Source: Spirochaetia bacterium | GTDB taxonomy: Bacteria > Spirochaetota > Spirochaetia > Treponematales > Treponemataceae | Assembly: GCA_900769975.1 (NCBI GenBank) | Contig: CAAGIR010000142.1 | Span: forward strand, 3,869-67,868 | Reading direction: 5' to 3' | Length of the DNA: 64,000 nucleotides | In this document: piece after piece, positions 8,240 to 19,021 of the stretch | Layout: each line of letters begins with the position of its first letter | How positions within the stretch are numbered: position 1 is the stretch's first letter | Notes under the pieces: generated by a model | What the model saw: only the letters and a program-made list of their open reading frames with translations | The model's database searches: none | Told to the model about the DNA's origin: nothing | Program-made: the position numbers and the translations under genes

Positions 8240-11074
8240 ATGTTACTAGATAAAATTCTTACTGCAATTTTCGGTTCACAAAATGACCGCGATGTAAAAG
8301 CACTTAAACCTATACTTGAAGCTGTAAATAAAAAAGAAGAATGGGCAAAATCTTTACCGGCTGAACAGTTTCCAGAACAGACAAAAAGATTTAAAGAAGA
8401 ACTTGCAGCTGGCAAAACTCTTGACGACATACTTCCAGAAGCATTTGCACTGGCACGAGAAGCAGCATATCGTGTTCGCAATGAACGTGCTTTCGATGTT
8501 CAGATTATGGGTGCTATAAACCTTCACAAAGGCAGAATTACGGAAATGAAAACTGGTGAAGGAAAAACTCTTGTTGCCGTTATTGCTTCATATCTTAATT
8601 CTCTTACATCAAAAGGTGTTCACGTTGTTACTGTAAACGATTATCTTGCAGAACGAGATGCCGACACTATGAGTCCTGTTTTTGAATATCTGGGCTGTAC
8701 AGTTGGTTCCATCCTTTCAAATATGGACAACGAAACACGAAAACTTTCATATAACTGCGATATTACTTATGGAACTAACAATGAATTTGGTTTTGATTAT
8801 CTTCGTGACAATATGAAGATTGATTTAAAAGATAAAGTTCAGCGTGGTTTTAATTATTGTATTGTAGACGAAATTGACTCCATTTTAATTGATGAAGCAA
8901 GGACTCCTCTTATTATTTCTGGTGCAGGTGAAGATGATACTTATAAATACCACGAAGTAGATAAATATGTGGGAGAATTAACAGAAGTTGCAAAAGATCC
9001 GAAAACAGGCGAATATCCTGATGAAACGATGATGACACCAGAAGAACGTGCAAAAATTGAAGGTGACTATACAATTGATGAAAAATCAAAAAGAGTTTCT
9101 TTTACAGATAAGGGTATGCTTCATATTAATGATATCCTTCACAAGCACAATCTTATCACAGGTTCACTTGAAGATGAAGAAAACTTTGAATATACGCATT
9201 ATTTTACACAGGCGTTGCGTGCGCACCTTCTTTTCCATAATGATGTAGATTATCTTGTTCGTGACGGTAAAGTTGAAATCATCGATGAATTTACCGGTCG
9301 TGTACTTGAAGGCAGACGTTATTCAGACGGACTTCACCAGGCAATTGAAGCAAAAGAACATATCAGAATTGCACAGCGCAACAGAACTATGGCAACAATT
9401 ACATTCCAGAATTTTTTCAGAATGTATGATAAACTTTCTGGTATGACTGGTACTGCTGCAACAGAAGCAGTTGAATTTAATAAAATTTACAACCTTGATG
9501 TTGTTGCAATTCCTACAAATCTTCCGGTTGCCCGTATTGATGAAAATGATGAAGTTTATCTGAATGAATCTGATAAATGGGAAGCTATTGCAAACGAAAT
9601 AAAAGAAGCTCACGAAAAAGGACAGCCTGTTCTTGTCGGTACAGTTTCTGTAGAAAAATCAGAACATCTTTCAAATCTGCTTACAAAAAAAGGCATCAGG
9701 CACGAAGTTTTGAATGCAAAAAATCATGCACGTGAAGCACTTATTATTGCAGAAGCAGGTGCAAAAGGTTCTGTTACAATTGCTACAAACATGGCAGGTC
9801 GTGGTACTGATATTAAACTGGGTGGTTCACCAGAATTTCGTGCAAGAAAACGTGCAGGAACTAATGCAACAGAAGAACAATATAAAGCAGCTCTTGCAAT
9901 TGAAAAAGAAAACTGGAAAAAAGATTACGAAGAAGTTCGCTCTCTAGGCGGTTTGTATGTAATTGGTACAGAACGTCATGAATCACGCCGTATTGACAAT
10001 CAGCTGAGAGGTCGTTCAGGCCGACAGGGAGATCCAGGACGTTCAAAATTCTATATTTCTATGGACGATGATTTGATGCGTCTGTTCGGTGGTGAACGAA
10101 TGAAAGTTATGATGCAGAGAATCGGTATGCAGCCTGGCGAACCGATTGACCATCCATGGCTTAACAAAGGAATTGAAAAAGCACAGCAGAAAGTTGAAGA
10201 CAGGAACTTTGAAATACGAAAACACCTTCTTGATTACGATGATGTTTTAAATGAACAGCGAACGGTTATCTATAATCAGCGTGACCAGATTCTTGCAGAC
10301 AGCAATTTATCTGCAAGAGTTATGAACAACGCAAAAGAAGAAGTTGAAAATCTTTTTGATTCTTATGAATATGAATCTAAACATAATAAAAATTCAACTG
10401 TTCCTCTGGCAGAATTAACCGAGGCATTGCGCAATACTTTTGGTTTACAGTTAGCACAGGAAAACCTTACAAGAGAAGGAGTTATTGCATCACTTCAAAA
10501 CGATATTACTGAAAAAGAAACTCTTGCAGGAAAAGAAAATTTGAATATGTTTATCCGCTATCAATATGTTCAGATTATCGATAAAAAATGGCTTGACCAG
10601 TTGGAAACTCTTGAAGGTTTGCGTGAAGCAGTTGCACTACGCTCTTACGGTTCAAAAAATCCATTAACAGAATATAAAATCGACGGATTTAACATTTTTG
10701 ATGAAATGCTTACTACAATCAGAGATACTGTTATGTCGAGGGTATTTAAGGTACGTATTCAACTTTCACCTGAAGCAGCTGAACAAAGAAAGAAGATGAT
10801 TGAAGCCCAGAAACAGCACATTAATAATGTAAATGCACAGCATAATGAAAGCACTTCTGGTTTTGCACAGCAAGTTACTCATTCACAAAGCCAGCAATCA
10901 GCAAGAAACAATTTTAATGGTGATATGGCACGAAGACAGGCTGTAAACAGTTCAACAAATCAGCGTTCACAAGGTGACAACATTACAGTGCGCAGAACTG
11001 CTCCAAAAGTCGGCAGAAATGATCCTTGCCCTTGCGGTAGTGGCAAAAAATATAAACAATGCTGCGGACGCTAG
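8240..11074 (+). CDS. secA: Preprotein translocase ATPase SecA
   Basis: 944 aa with a DEAD-like motor and preprotein cross-linking domain. The C-terminus has a [14 protein letters not shown] zinc-binding tail. An AAGGAAA ribosome-binding site precedes the ATG. Confidence 0.95.
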   Translation: MLLDKILTAIFGSQNDRDVKALKPILEAVNKKEEWAKSLPAEQFPEQTKRFKEELAAGKTLDDILPEAFALAREAAYRVRNERAFDVQIMGAINLHKGRITEMKTGEGKTLVAVIASYLNSLTSKGVHVVTVNDYLAERDADTMSPVFEYLGCTVGSILSNMDNETRKLSYNCDITYGTNNEFGFDYLRDNMKIDLKDKVQRGFNYCIVDEIDSILIDEARTPLIISGAGEDDTYKYHEVDKYVGELTEVAKDPKTGEYPDETMMTPEERAKIEGDYTIDEKSKRVSFTDKGMLHINDILHKHNLITGSLEDEENFEYTHYFTQALRAHLLFHNDVDYLVRDGKVEIIDEFTGRVLEGRRYSDGLHQAIEAKEHIRIAQRNRTMATITFQNFFRMYDKLSGMTGTAATEAVEFNKIYNLDVVAIPTNLPVARIDENDEVYLNESDKWEAIANEIKEAHEKGQPVLVGTVSVEKSEHLSNLLTKKGIRHEVLNAKNHAREALIIAEAGAKGSVTIATNMAGRGTDIKLGGSPEFRARKRAGTNATEEQYKAALAIEKENWKKDYEEVRSLGGLYVIGTERHESRRIDNQLRGRSGRQGDPGRSKFYISMDDDLMRLFGGERMKVMMQRIGMQPGEPIDHPWLNKGIEKAQQKVEDRNFEIRKHLLDYDDVLNEQRTVIYNQRDQILADSNLSARVMNNAKEEVENLFDSYEYESKHNKNSTVPLAELTEALRNTFGLQLAQENLTREGVIASLQNDITEKETLAGKENLNMFIRYQYVQIIDKKWLDQLETLEGLREAVALRSYGSKNPLTEYKIDGFNIFDEMLTTIRDTVMSRVFKVRIQLSPEAAEQRKKMIEAQKQHINNVNAQHNESTSGFAQQVTHSQSQQSARNNFNGDMARRQAVNSSTNQRSQGDNITVRRTAPKVGRNDPCPCGSGKKYKQCCGR

Positions 11075-11106
11075 TTATCTAGCTATATAGAACATTAATT
11101 AAAATT

Positions 11107-11190
11107 AAAAGGGCTACCTAAAAAGTAATGTCATACTGAACTAGTTTCGTAATGACACTATAATTCATACGTTTTAGATGGCCCTTTTTT
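11107..11190. terminator. Probable bidirectional terminator between secA and lepB
   Basis: aaaagggc...gccctttttttg long-range stem with internal sub-hairpins and flanking A/T runs. Confidence 0.35.
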
Positions 11191-11235
11191 TGTCAGAAAA
11201 ATAAATTGTTGTTTTAACCCAGGAAACAGAAAAGA

Positions 11236-13005
11236 TTAAACTTTTCCCAGTCTGTCTAAAGGCCAGAATCTGAACACAGGTTTTCCGATAATATATTTTT
11301 TGTGTATATATTGCGGTTCCATCATAGAATAATATTTTACAGACATTTCATCGTCAGAAGTAAGCGGTTTTAAAATCTGTTCATAAGAATGACGCAAATC
11401 CAATGAATTAAAGCGATTGTCCCCCATCATAAAATAACAGTTTTCTGGTATGTACTGCGGATTTCCCTGTGAATCATTTGCGGGGAACAACGGCATATTT
11501 CTTTCATCAAGCAATATCTGAATATACCAGTTTAATGTTTCAGCTTTTTCAAAGTATTGCAAAATTTGACTGTCCTTGTTTAATTGTGAAAAATCTGCAC
11601 CTGAATCAAGGAGTTGTGCATAGCGAAGAACAATTTCGCCAAAAGTCATTTTTGTCATGACATTCAGCGTAAAATTTGAACGTGCATAATAATCTTGTGC
11701 ATTATCTTTATTTTCAATCCAGGAAGTCATAAATTCACTAAACCACTGTGTACCACCATTTTTATAAAGGATATTTGCCGTTATCTGCTGAACATTTTTA
11801 AACAGTTCATATTCCCATAAATCTGGTTTTGTAAAGTCACCTAAAACTTCATTTTTTGTTTCATATTTATACAATTGATTTACGATTTCTTTTGCCCTTA
11901 TTGCGGCACTTGTCAAATCATAATTTCTTCTTTCTTCTTCAAAGTCAAGCATTTTTTCATATTCAGAGGCAGATAGAGGAAACTGCTTTACTTTTGCTTT
12001 TTGTTTAGGATGTACTGCATTCAAATTCCAGGTAGCATATTTTTCATCAATTTTTGAAGGAACAAATTCATCACTGTCTTTTGTCCTAACATATAAAACG
12101 CCGTCCTGCATCACAAGCTGTTCACCAGGCAGACCTGTTATTCGTTTTACAAGAGGATCTGCTTTCATCTCTCCGTTTTCGTCTTTATTCAAATTTACTG
12201 TCATAAGTGAAAACATATAGACTAACTGCGAAGTGACTGTTTTTACTTCCGATTTTCTGTCCATATTGTAATGAGGATTTCTAAGAACAATTGTATCGCC
12301 ACGTTTATATTTTCTAAAATCTGGTAATCCTACATCTGTTAATGGGAATTTCGGTCCACAGTCAATTTTACTTACAAAAACCCTGTCTTTTATCAAAAAA
12401 GTCGGAACCATTGATTCTGAAGGAATTTCATATAACTGCAGCACAAAAATTTGGAAAATCAAGACTGTAAAAATGGACCACACAAGTGCATCAATCCAGT
12501 CAATAGCTTCAAAAATAATTTTCGCAACACCTGTAAATTTTCTTTCTTTGGGAGCAACCTTCCAGCCTTCTACAATCTGTTTATTTTTTTTTGGATAAAG
12601 TTTTCTGGAAGTGAGGAATGATAAAACAAAAATAATAAACCATAAAATAACAGTTATTGCATCATAAAAAAATGGAGTGCCGTTTTTCCCTGCCCTGCGT
12701 AAAATAAAAGTTATGAACAATACATAAGGAAGATATTCAGTAAATTTTATGACTTTGTATATCAGTCTTCCGTCTGTGTTAAATATCATTTTTATGGAAA
12801 AGTAAACTGCCACTGCAGTGTAAATAATTCCTATTGGAAAAGCCGCTAATGAAATGTCTAAAGAAAAATTAAGCAGCATTAAAGAAAAAATGGCGGCTGC
12901 ACCGAGATTTATAAAAGTAAAAATTTTATATTTTTTAAATTGATTTGTATTCATATTTATATTATACAAAAAAAATCTTCCTTGTGAAAGTATTATATAA
13001 AACAT
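11236..13005 (-). CDS. lepB: Signal peptidase I, long form with an extended N-terminal membrane domain
   Basis: Box B SESMVPTF, box D YKRGDTIVL and box E GDNRFNSLDLR, with multiple N-terminal transmembrane segments. Confidence 0.75.
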   Translation of the reverse strand: MFYIILSQGRFFLYNINMNTNQFKKYKIFTFINLGAAAIFSLMLLNFSLDISLAAFPIGIIYTAVAVYFSIKMIFNTDGRLIYKVIKFTEYLPYVLFITFILRRAGKNGTPFFYDAITVILWFIIFVLSFLTSRKLYPKKNKQIVEGWKVAPKERKFTGVAKIIFEAIDWIDALVWSIFTVLIFQIFVLQLYEIPSESMVPTFLIKDRVFVSKIDCGPKFPLTDVGLPDFRKYKRGDTIVLRNPHYNMDRKSEVKTVTSQLVYMFSLMTVNLNKDENGEMKADPLVKRITGLPGEQLVMQDGVLYVRTKDSDEFVPSKIDEKYATWNLNAVHPKQKAKVKQFPLSASEYEKMLDFEEERRNYDLTSAAIRAKEIVNQLYKYETKNEVLGDFTKPDLWEYELFKNVQQITANILYKNGGTQWFSEFMTSWIENKDNAQDYYARSNFTLNVMTKMTFGEIVLRYAQLLDSGADFSQLNKDSQILQYFEKAETLNWYIQILLDERNMPLFPANDSQGNPQYIPENCYFMMGDNRFNSLDLRHSYEQILKPLTSDDEMSVKYYSMMEPQYIHKKYIIGKPVFRFWPLDRLGKV

Positions 13006-13024
13006 TGATGTGCAATTTTATATA

Positions 13025-13744
13025 TCAGTATTTTTGAAGTTTCAGAATTTTTGCATAGATTTTTTTTATTTCTGAAGGTTTTGTATACTTTTCCCCTTTC
13101 AGATATTGAAAAGGGGCATCTGTTTCTGCAAAAACACGTTCAGGCGGAAGATTTTTGACACATTCCAACACTTTTTTATTTCCATTAAAAACCTGCTTTC
13201 CAAAACTGAAATACCCGTTTATATTCTTATTTAAAAGGGAAAATGCTTGCGAAACAGGTCCCATAAAAGAATGAAAAAGCACTTCTGGCAAAAGTGACAG
13301 TTTTTTTGCATATTCAAAAAGTTTATGATTTGCCTTTCTGCAATGAATTACAACAGGAATATTATATTTTTTGGCAAGTTCAATTTGAACGTTAAACATT
13401 TCTTCCTGTTTTACACTTAGTTCCTTGTATTCTAAAGTAAAAAAATCAAAACCAGTTTCTCCGATAAAAGAAATTTCGTTATTTACAAGAAGTTTTTCCA
13501 GAAAATTCTGGGAAAGTGAAATATTTTCGTTTGCGGCATTTTGAGGATGCATTCCGTAAGATAAAAAAATTTGATTATTTCCCGTTTCTTCAACATATTT
13601 TTTCTGAATATTCCATTCTTCAATTGAATGAGCACACGAAATCCCGCAATATTCTTTGTAAATATCAAGAATTCCTGCAGTTTTGCACTCATAAAGATGA
13701 AAATGTGCATCAAAATCGTAATTTTTTATAAATTTTTCTAACAT
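13025..13744 (-). CDS. tatD: TatD-family metal-dependent hydrolase/DNase
   Basis: N-terminal FDAHFHL metal-binding motif and TIM-barrel-like length. Confidence 0.55.
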   Translation of the reverse strand: MLEKFIKNYDFDAHFHLYECKTAGILDIYKEYCGISCAHSIEEWNIQKKYVEETGNNQIFLSYGMHPQNAANENISLSQNFLEKLLVNNEISFIGETGFDFFTLEYKELSVKQEEMFNVQIELAKKYNIPVVIHCRKANHKLFEYAKKLSLLPEVLFHSFMGPVSQAFSLLNKNINGYFSFGKQVFNGNKKVLECVKNLPPERVFAETDAPFQYLKGEKYTKPSEIKKIYAKILKLQKY

Positions 13745-13848
13745 TTTTTTTATTATAACCGATTATTTAAATAATGACATCTTAAACATTGTTTTAAAGA
13801 TGTTTTTTTTCATGTGGATTTTTTTTATTATACGGGAGGTAAGATAAT

Positions 13849-14067
13849 ATGAAAACTTACACACTTAAAAGTATTGGAAAAAACACCGACTATATGACTA
13901 TTTTACGCGAAATGGAAGACGGATTTGTAGTTAAAATTGTCAGAGATATGGACGGATATGAAGATGTAAAAACTGACTATATTTCAAGAGAACTTTTTGA
14001 CAGCTGTATTCGCACAGGATATTTAACAGAAATTACAGAAACTGTAAAAATTGCAGCTAACGCATAA
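13849..14067 (+). CDS. Small hypothetical protein (72 aa)
   Basis: A strong GGGAGG ribosome-binding site 7 nt upstream of the ATG. Acidic and soluble. Confidence 0.4.
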   Translation: MKTYTLKSIGKNTDYMTILREMEDGFVVKIVRDMDGYEDVKTDYISRELFDSCIRTGYLTEITETVKIAANA

Positions 14068-15019
14068 TTATTGATTTACTGAATTCTTGTTTTGAAATAA
14101 GCTCCAGAGCCTGTTTTATTCGTTCTTGTTTTGAAGCGGGCTCAAGCCAGTTTATTTTTACCCCTTTTTTTTCCATCATTCTAAACCAAGTCTGCTGTCT
14201 TTTTGAAAATTGTCTTATTGCAATAAAAAGTTGTTCATATAAATCTTCTTTTGATTCAATTTTCTGCTGCAGAAACAAAGAACAATATCTGTACTCCAGA
14301 CCAAGTTTTTCTAGCCGTTCCCAACTTATTCCGCTATCATGAATAGACTGCACTTCTTCAATCATGCCGTTATCAAGCCTTTCTTTTAATCTTATGCTGA
14401 TATTTTCCCATAACTGTTCACGCGGGAGCGTTGTGCCTATTATAAAAGGTTCAATTTGAGGACGATAATCTGATGTAGTATCATACCCCGCTTTTTTTGC
14501 TTCGATTATTTCTATTGCTTTAATTACACGTTCTTTTTCCTGCAAATCTGATTTTACATGCAAAACAGGCTGTTCTTTTAAAAGTCGTTCGCAAAGAATT
14601 TCAAGAGATGTTGCTTCAAGTTCCTGGTGAAGTTTTTCGTTTTCAGGTAAATTTACAAGATTATAATTGCGGATAATTGAATCCAGATACATTCCCGTTC
14701 CGCCTACAACGACAGGAAGTTTTTTTTGCAAAATTATACTGTCAAAAGCGGCATAAAAATCTTTTTGATAATCGTAAACAGTATATTCATCAGGCAAATC
14801 AATAATATCTATTAAATGATACGGAATTTTTTGTCCATCAACATTATATTCATTTAAATCTTTTCCAGAACCTATATCAAGTTTTCGATAAGTCTGGCGT
14901 GAATCAGCAGAAATAATTTCTCCACTTAAAGCATGAGCCACAGCAACTCCAACAGATGTTTTTCCAACTGCTGTAGGACCTAAAATTACAACACAATTAA
15001 AAGACACGACAAACCACAC
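14057..15019 (-). CDS. miaA: tRNA dimethylallyltransferase
   Basis: P-loop ILGPTAVGKTS followed by SADSRQTYRKLDIGSGK. Confidence 0.85.
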   Translation of the reverse strand: MWFVVSFNCVVILGPTAVGKTSVGVAVAHALSGEIISADSRQTYRKLDIGSGKDLNEYNVDGQKIPYHLIDIIDLPDEYTVYDYQKDFYAAFDSIILQKKLPVVVGGTGMYLDSIIRNYNLVNLPENEKLHQELEATSLEILCERLLKEQPVLHVKSDLQEKERVIKAIEIIEAKKAGYDTTSDYRPQIEPFIIGTTLPREQLWENISIRLKERLDNGMIEEVQSIHDSGISWERLEKLGLEYRYCSLFLQQKIESKEDLYEQLFIAIRQFSKRQQTWFRMMEKKGVKINWLEPASKQERIKQALELISKQEFSKSIIMR

Positions 15020-16259
15020 ATTTTAAATATTCAGATTTTGGATATCCAAGTAAAACAGGATGATCAGGACCCGCACCTCTTTTTTCAAGAATCTGTACAC
15101 GCTTATGACTGTCCATTGCGGCATGCATAATCATATCGCAAAACATATTGCTTTCCATAAAATAAGAACACGAACAGGTCACAAGAATGCCTCCTTCATT
15201 TAAAAGACGCATTGCACGAAGATTAATTTCTTTATATCCGCCATACGCTTTTTGAATCATCTTTGCAGATTTTGTAAATGCTGGCGGGTCTAGAATTATC
15301 ACATCAAATTTTTGATTTTCTGTTTCATATTGTTTTAATAAATCAAAAACATCAGCACATACTGCCTTCATTACTTTTTTCTGATGATTTATTTGAATGT
15401 TATGATTTACAATATCAACAGCTTCCTGAGAAATATCAACAGAAATTACCTCTTTTGCACCAGCTGATGCGGCATTCAAACCAAAAGCACCTGTATGGGT
15501 AAATGTATCGAGAACTCTTTTTCCTTTACAGAATTTGCTGATAGCCTGACGGTTAAACTTCTGGTCCAAAAAGTATCCTGTTTTCTGCCCGTTTACTAAA
15601 TCCACATTCAGTTTGATGCAGTTTTCCAAAATCGTTATTTTTCCTTCAAACTGCTTACCAATCCATCCAGAAATTAACGGCAGACCTTCTTTTTCACGCA
15701 CAGCAACATCACTTCTTTCAAAAATTCCTGCCGGCTCGCAAACTCTTTCAAGTGCCTGTAAAATTTCCTTCCTGAAAATTTCACAAGATAAAGATAAAAA
15801 CTGCACGACAAGAAAAACTTTTCCATTTTCATCACAAAAACGTTCGCAAATAAAACCTGGAATCAAATCTGCTTCTGCAAAAATAAGTCTGTAAGAATCT
15901 TCTGGCAAAAAATAATTTTTACGCAGATTATAAGCGTTGCTCACTTTTTTAAGCCAGTATTTTTCTATATCTTCAAAAATCTTATCTGCATGAATAGAAT
16001 CAAATATCCTTATGGTGATTTTCGATTTTTTATTTAAAACACCAGTTCCTAAAAATCCACCAGCTTTTGTGTACACTTCAACAACGGTGCCGTCTTTTAC
16101 AGAACATTCTGATAATTCTTCATTTTTCCATTCGCTTTTTTCATTTTCACGATATTTAAAATGCGAAATTTCATTATCAAAAACCCATGGAAACCCCTGT
16201 AATATTTCTTTTTCTTCTTTAGCTTTCAAAAAAACACGCGGAAAATTATTTGTACTCAT
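14997..16259 (-). CDS. rlmI: RlmI/RlmK-like SAM-dependent rRNA (m5C) methyltransferase with an N-terminal PUA-like domain
   Basis: PUA-like N-terminus, a SAM-binding VLDTFTHTGAFG motif and a C-terminal PPAF motif. The start is chosen at the internal MSTNNF (the track ORF extends to 16295). Confidence 0.7.
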   Translation of the reverse strand: MSTNNFPRVFLKAKEEKEILQGFPWVFDNEISHFKYRENEKSEWKNEELSECSVKDGTVVEVYTKAGGFLGTGVLNKKSKITIRIFDSIHADKIFEDIEKYWLKKVSNAYNLRKNYFLPEDSYRLIFAEADLIPGFICERFCDENGKVFLVVQFLSLSCEIFRKEILQALERVCEPAGIFERSDVAVREKEGLPLISGWIGKQFEGKITILENCIKLNVDLVNGQKTGYFLDQKFNRQAISKFCKGKRVLDTFTHTGAFGLNAASAGAKEVISVDISQEAVDIVNHNIQINHQKKVMKAVCADVFDLLKQYETENQKFDVIILDPPAFTKSAKMIQKAYGGYKEINLRAMRLLNEGGILVTCSCSYFMESNMFCDMIMHAAMDSHKRVQILEKRGAGPDHPVLLGYPKSEYLKCVVCRVF

Positions 16260-16330
16260 AAAATTTATTATATTAATTTTCCATAAAAAATCCACTAGAA
16301 TTGTTTTATTTTTTTTAATATAATGCTTTT

Positions 16331-16990
16331 ATGCTTTTTATTTTTGATATGGGTGGCGTTGTTACTTCCACTTTTGACATGCAATGTATTTTTTCAAAAT
16401 TAAATACAACAAAAGAAGATTTTTTCAGCATTTGCCATCAAAATGATGATGATATATGGTTACAGCTTCAAAAAGGAACCATCTCCACTGGCGAATTTTG
16501 GGATTCTTTTAATCGTCGTGTAAAAGCATTACAGCGAAATCTTTTTGACGGCATTTTAAAAATCGGAAAACAGGTAAAATTCAGTCAGGAAGTACAGATT
16601 CAAAATATTCCGCAGGTTGAATGTGATTTATTCCGCATTTATTTTAATCCAAAAATCATAGAACAGACAGTCCATCTCATAGAACTTTTGAAAAAAAAGC
16701 ACAGAGTTGTATGCGGTACAAACACAATTCAAAGTCATTGGGAAAATCATATGGAACGTGGGGATTATACTTTTTTTGATAAAACTTACGCTTCAAACAA
16801 AATAAACTGCATAAAACCTGATCCGCAGTTCTTTCAGTTAATTCTGGAAGCTGAAAATTTTTCTCCAGAAGAAACATTTTTTGTTGATGACAGACAGGAA
16901 AACTGTAATGCAGCACAATCGCTGGGAATAAATGTTCATCTTATGACATCACCAGAAGAATTATATAAAAGCTGGAAAAAATTCGCATAA
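16331..16990 (+). CDS. HAD-superfamily hydrolase
   Basis: Motif I FIFDMGGVV (DxG) and C-terminal FVDD motif IV. Confidence 0.6.
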   Translation: MLFIFDMGGVVTSTFDMQCIFSKLNTTKEDFFSICHQNDDDIWLQLQKGTISTGEFWDSFNRRVKALQRNLFDGILKIGKQVKFSQEVQIQNIPQVECDLFRIYFNPKIIEQTVHLIELLKKKHRVVCGTNTIQSHWENHMERGDYTFFDKTYASNKINCIKPDPQFFQLILEAENFSPEETFFVDDRQENCNAAQSLGINVHLMTSPEELYKSWKKFA

Positions 16991-17052
16991 ATTTTGTCAT
17001 TCATTTTTATTTTCTCTATTAAATATTTGTTTTTTTTGATATAATTAATTTT

Positions 17053-18240
17053 ATGACTTATTTAGCAAAACTTGGTGAGCTTACTTTAAAAGGCTCAAAC
17101 CTTCAGGAATTTGAAAACCTGCTTGTTCAGAATACAAAAAAATATCTTTCTGGTTTGAATGTAAAAATTTCACTTAGAGCAGGACGCCTTTATATTGATT
17201 GTGAAGAAAATGATTCAAATCGTGTAGAATTTTGTCTTAATCATCTTTTGGGAATTACAGGCTGGGCAAAAACTACTGTTTGCGAAAAATCTATAGAAGG
17301 AATTTCCAAAGCAGTTTTTGAACTGGCACAAAAAGAAGCTGAGCGTGGATGCAAAACATTTAAAATCGATGCCAGACGTTCTGATAAAAGTTTTCCGCTT
17401 AATTCTTACGAAATTTGCTGTGAAGCGGCAGGCGATGTTGAATCAATAATGAAAGTGGATGTTCATAATCCAGACACCATTATTTATGTTGAAGTACGTG
17501 AAAAAGTTTTTGTTTATGTTGATTCGAATTCTGGATGCAGAGGACTTCCTGTCGGTTCAAGCGGTAAAGGACTTTTACTTTTAAGCGGTGGGCTTGACTC
17601 TCCTGTGGCAGGCTACAGAATGTTGCGTCGTGGTATGAAAATTGAATGCTGCTATTTTCATTCATATCCGTACACATCAGAAGAAGCAAAGCAAAAAGTT
17701 GTTACACTTGCACAAAAATTGAGTAATTATGGAATCACCACTTATCTGAATGTTATTCCTTTTACTGACGTCCAGATGAAAATAAAGGAAAACGCTCCAC
17801 AGGCATGGACAACTTTAATGCTCCGAGTGTGCATGATGAAAACTGCAAATCGTCTTGCAAAACGATGTAAGGCAAAATGTATAATAACAGGAGAAAGCGT
17901 CGGTCAGGTTGCAAGTCAAACTATTGAAAACATGACAGTAACAGAACATTTTGCACAGCTTCCACTTTTACGTCCTCTTTGCGGGATGGATAAAGAAGAA
18001 ATCATAAAGGATTCATATTTTATCGATACTTATGAAACTTCTATTTTACCTTACGAAGACTGTTGCGTACTTTTTAGTCCGCGTCATCCAGTTTTAAGAG
18101 GAACGATAGAAGAAGCCGAAGAAATTTACAAATCTCTGGAAGTAGATGATTTAATAGAAGAATCTTTTAAAAACAGAGAAATTATTAAACTTACGGTAAA
18201 TCAGCCAGCACAAATAAAAACAGAAACAAGCGACAATTAA
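17053..18240 (+). CDS. thiI: tRNA 4-thiouridine synthase ThiI
   Basis: THUMP domain followed by the PP-loop SGGLDSPVA. Confidence 0.85.
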   Translation: MTYLAKLGELTLKGSNLQEFENLLVQNTKKYLSGLNVKISLRAGRLYIDCEENDSNRVEFCLNHLLGITGWAKTTVCEKSIEGISKAVFELAQKEAERGCKTFKIDARRSDKSFPLNSYEICCEAAGDVESIMKVDVHNPDTIIYVEVREKVFVYVDSNSGCRGLPVGSSGKGLLLLSGGLDSPVAGYRMLRRGMKIECCYFHSYPYTSEEAKQKVVTLAQKLSNYGITTYLNVIPFTDVQMKIKENAPQAWTTLMLRVCMMKTANRLAKRCKAKCIITGESVGQVASQTIENMTVTEHFAQLPLLRPLCGMDKEEIIKDSYFIDTYETSILPYEDCCVLFSPRHPVLRGTIEEAEEIYKSLEVDDLIEESFKNREIIKLTVNQPAQIKTETSDN

Positions 18241-18262
18241 AATTAATAATTTATAGATTTAT

Positions 18263-19018
18263 ATGAAAGCAGAAGAAAAACAGATAATTTATAATCTTCT
18301 CAAAACTGCAGATGCTTATAACTGCGGATATACAAGAAATATTTTTAAATCTCAACCTGTTTTTGCAGACGACATTCAAAATGACAATATTACAACTGAT
18401 GATAATAAAACTTCAAACATTCAGAACGAAGTAAAAACAGAAAATAATTCCACTTCCCTTTCTCTTGAAAAACTAAATGAAAAAATATTACGCTGTACAA
18501 GATGTCAGCTGGCACGCACAAGAAACAATGTAGTTCCGGGAATGGGTGTAAAAAATCCTCTTGTACTTGTAATTGGAGAAGCACCCGGTCATGATGAAGA
18601 TGTTAAGGGGCTGCCGTTTGTGGGAAAAGCTGGAATGTTACTGGATAAAATGCTTAATGCAATAGATTTGGACAGAAATAAAAACTGTTACATTGCAAAT
18701 GTTGTAAAATGCAGGCCGCCAGAAAACAGAAATCCGCTACCTCAGGAAATGGATGCATGTTTTTCTTTTTTACAAGCTCAAATCCACATTTTAAAGCCGA
18801 AAATGATTCTTTGTATGGGAAAAATTGCAATAGAAAAAGTTTTAAATCAAAGCATTTCCATTACACAAAGTCATGGAGTTTTTTTTGATTACAACGGAAT
18901 TCCTGTTATGCCTACTTATCATCCTAGTGCCCTTTTACGTAACAATGATTTAAAACGCCCTGCATGGGAAGATTTGAAAAAATTCAAAAAAAAATTACAG
19001 GAATTTACTGAAATATAA
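18263..19018 (+). CDS. Family-4 uracil-DNA glycosylase (Fe-S type)
   Basis: GEAPGHDEDVKGLPFVGKAGMLL motif and an upstream Cys cluster (CTRCQLAR). Confidence 0.8.
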   Translation: MKAEEKQIIYNLLKTADAYNCGYTRNIFKSQPVFADDIQNDNITTDDNKTSNIQNEVKTENNSTSLSLEKLNEKILRCTRCQLARTRNNVVPGMGVKNPLVLVIGEAPGHDEDVKGLPFVGKAGMLLDKMLNAIDLDRNKNCYIANVVKCRPPENRNPLPQEMDACFSFLQAQIHILKPKMILCMGKIAIEKVLNQSISITQSHGVFFDYNGIPVMPTYHPSALLRNNDLKRPAWEDLKKFKKKLQEFTEI

Positions 19019-19021
19019 TTT

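Noticed and set aside
8212-8481. 89-aa minus-strand ORF overlapping the secA start
   Set aside because: It lies entirely antisense within the well-supported secA N-terminus and is S/A-rich low complexity, so it is likely spurious.
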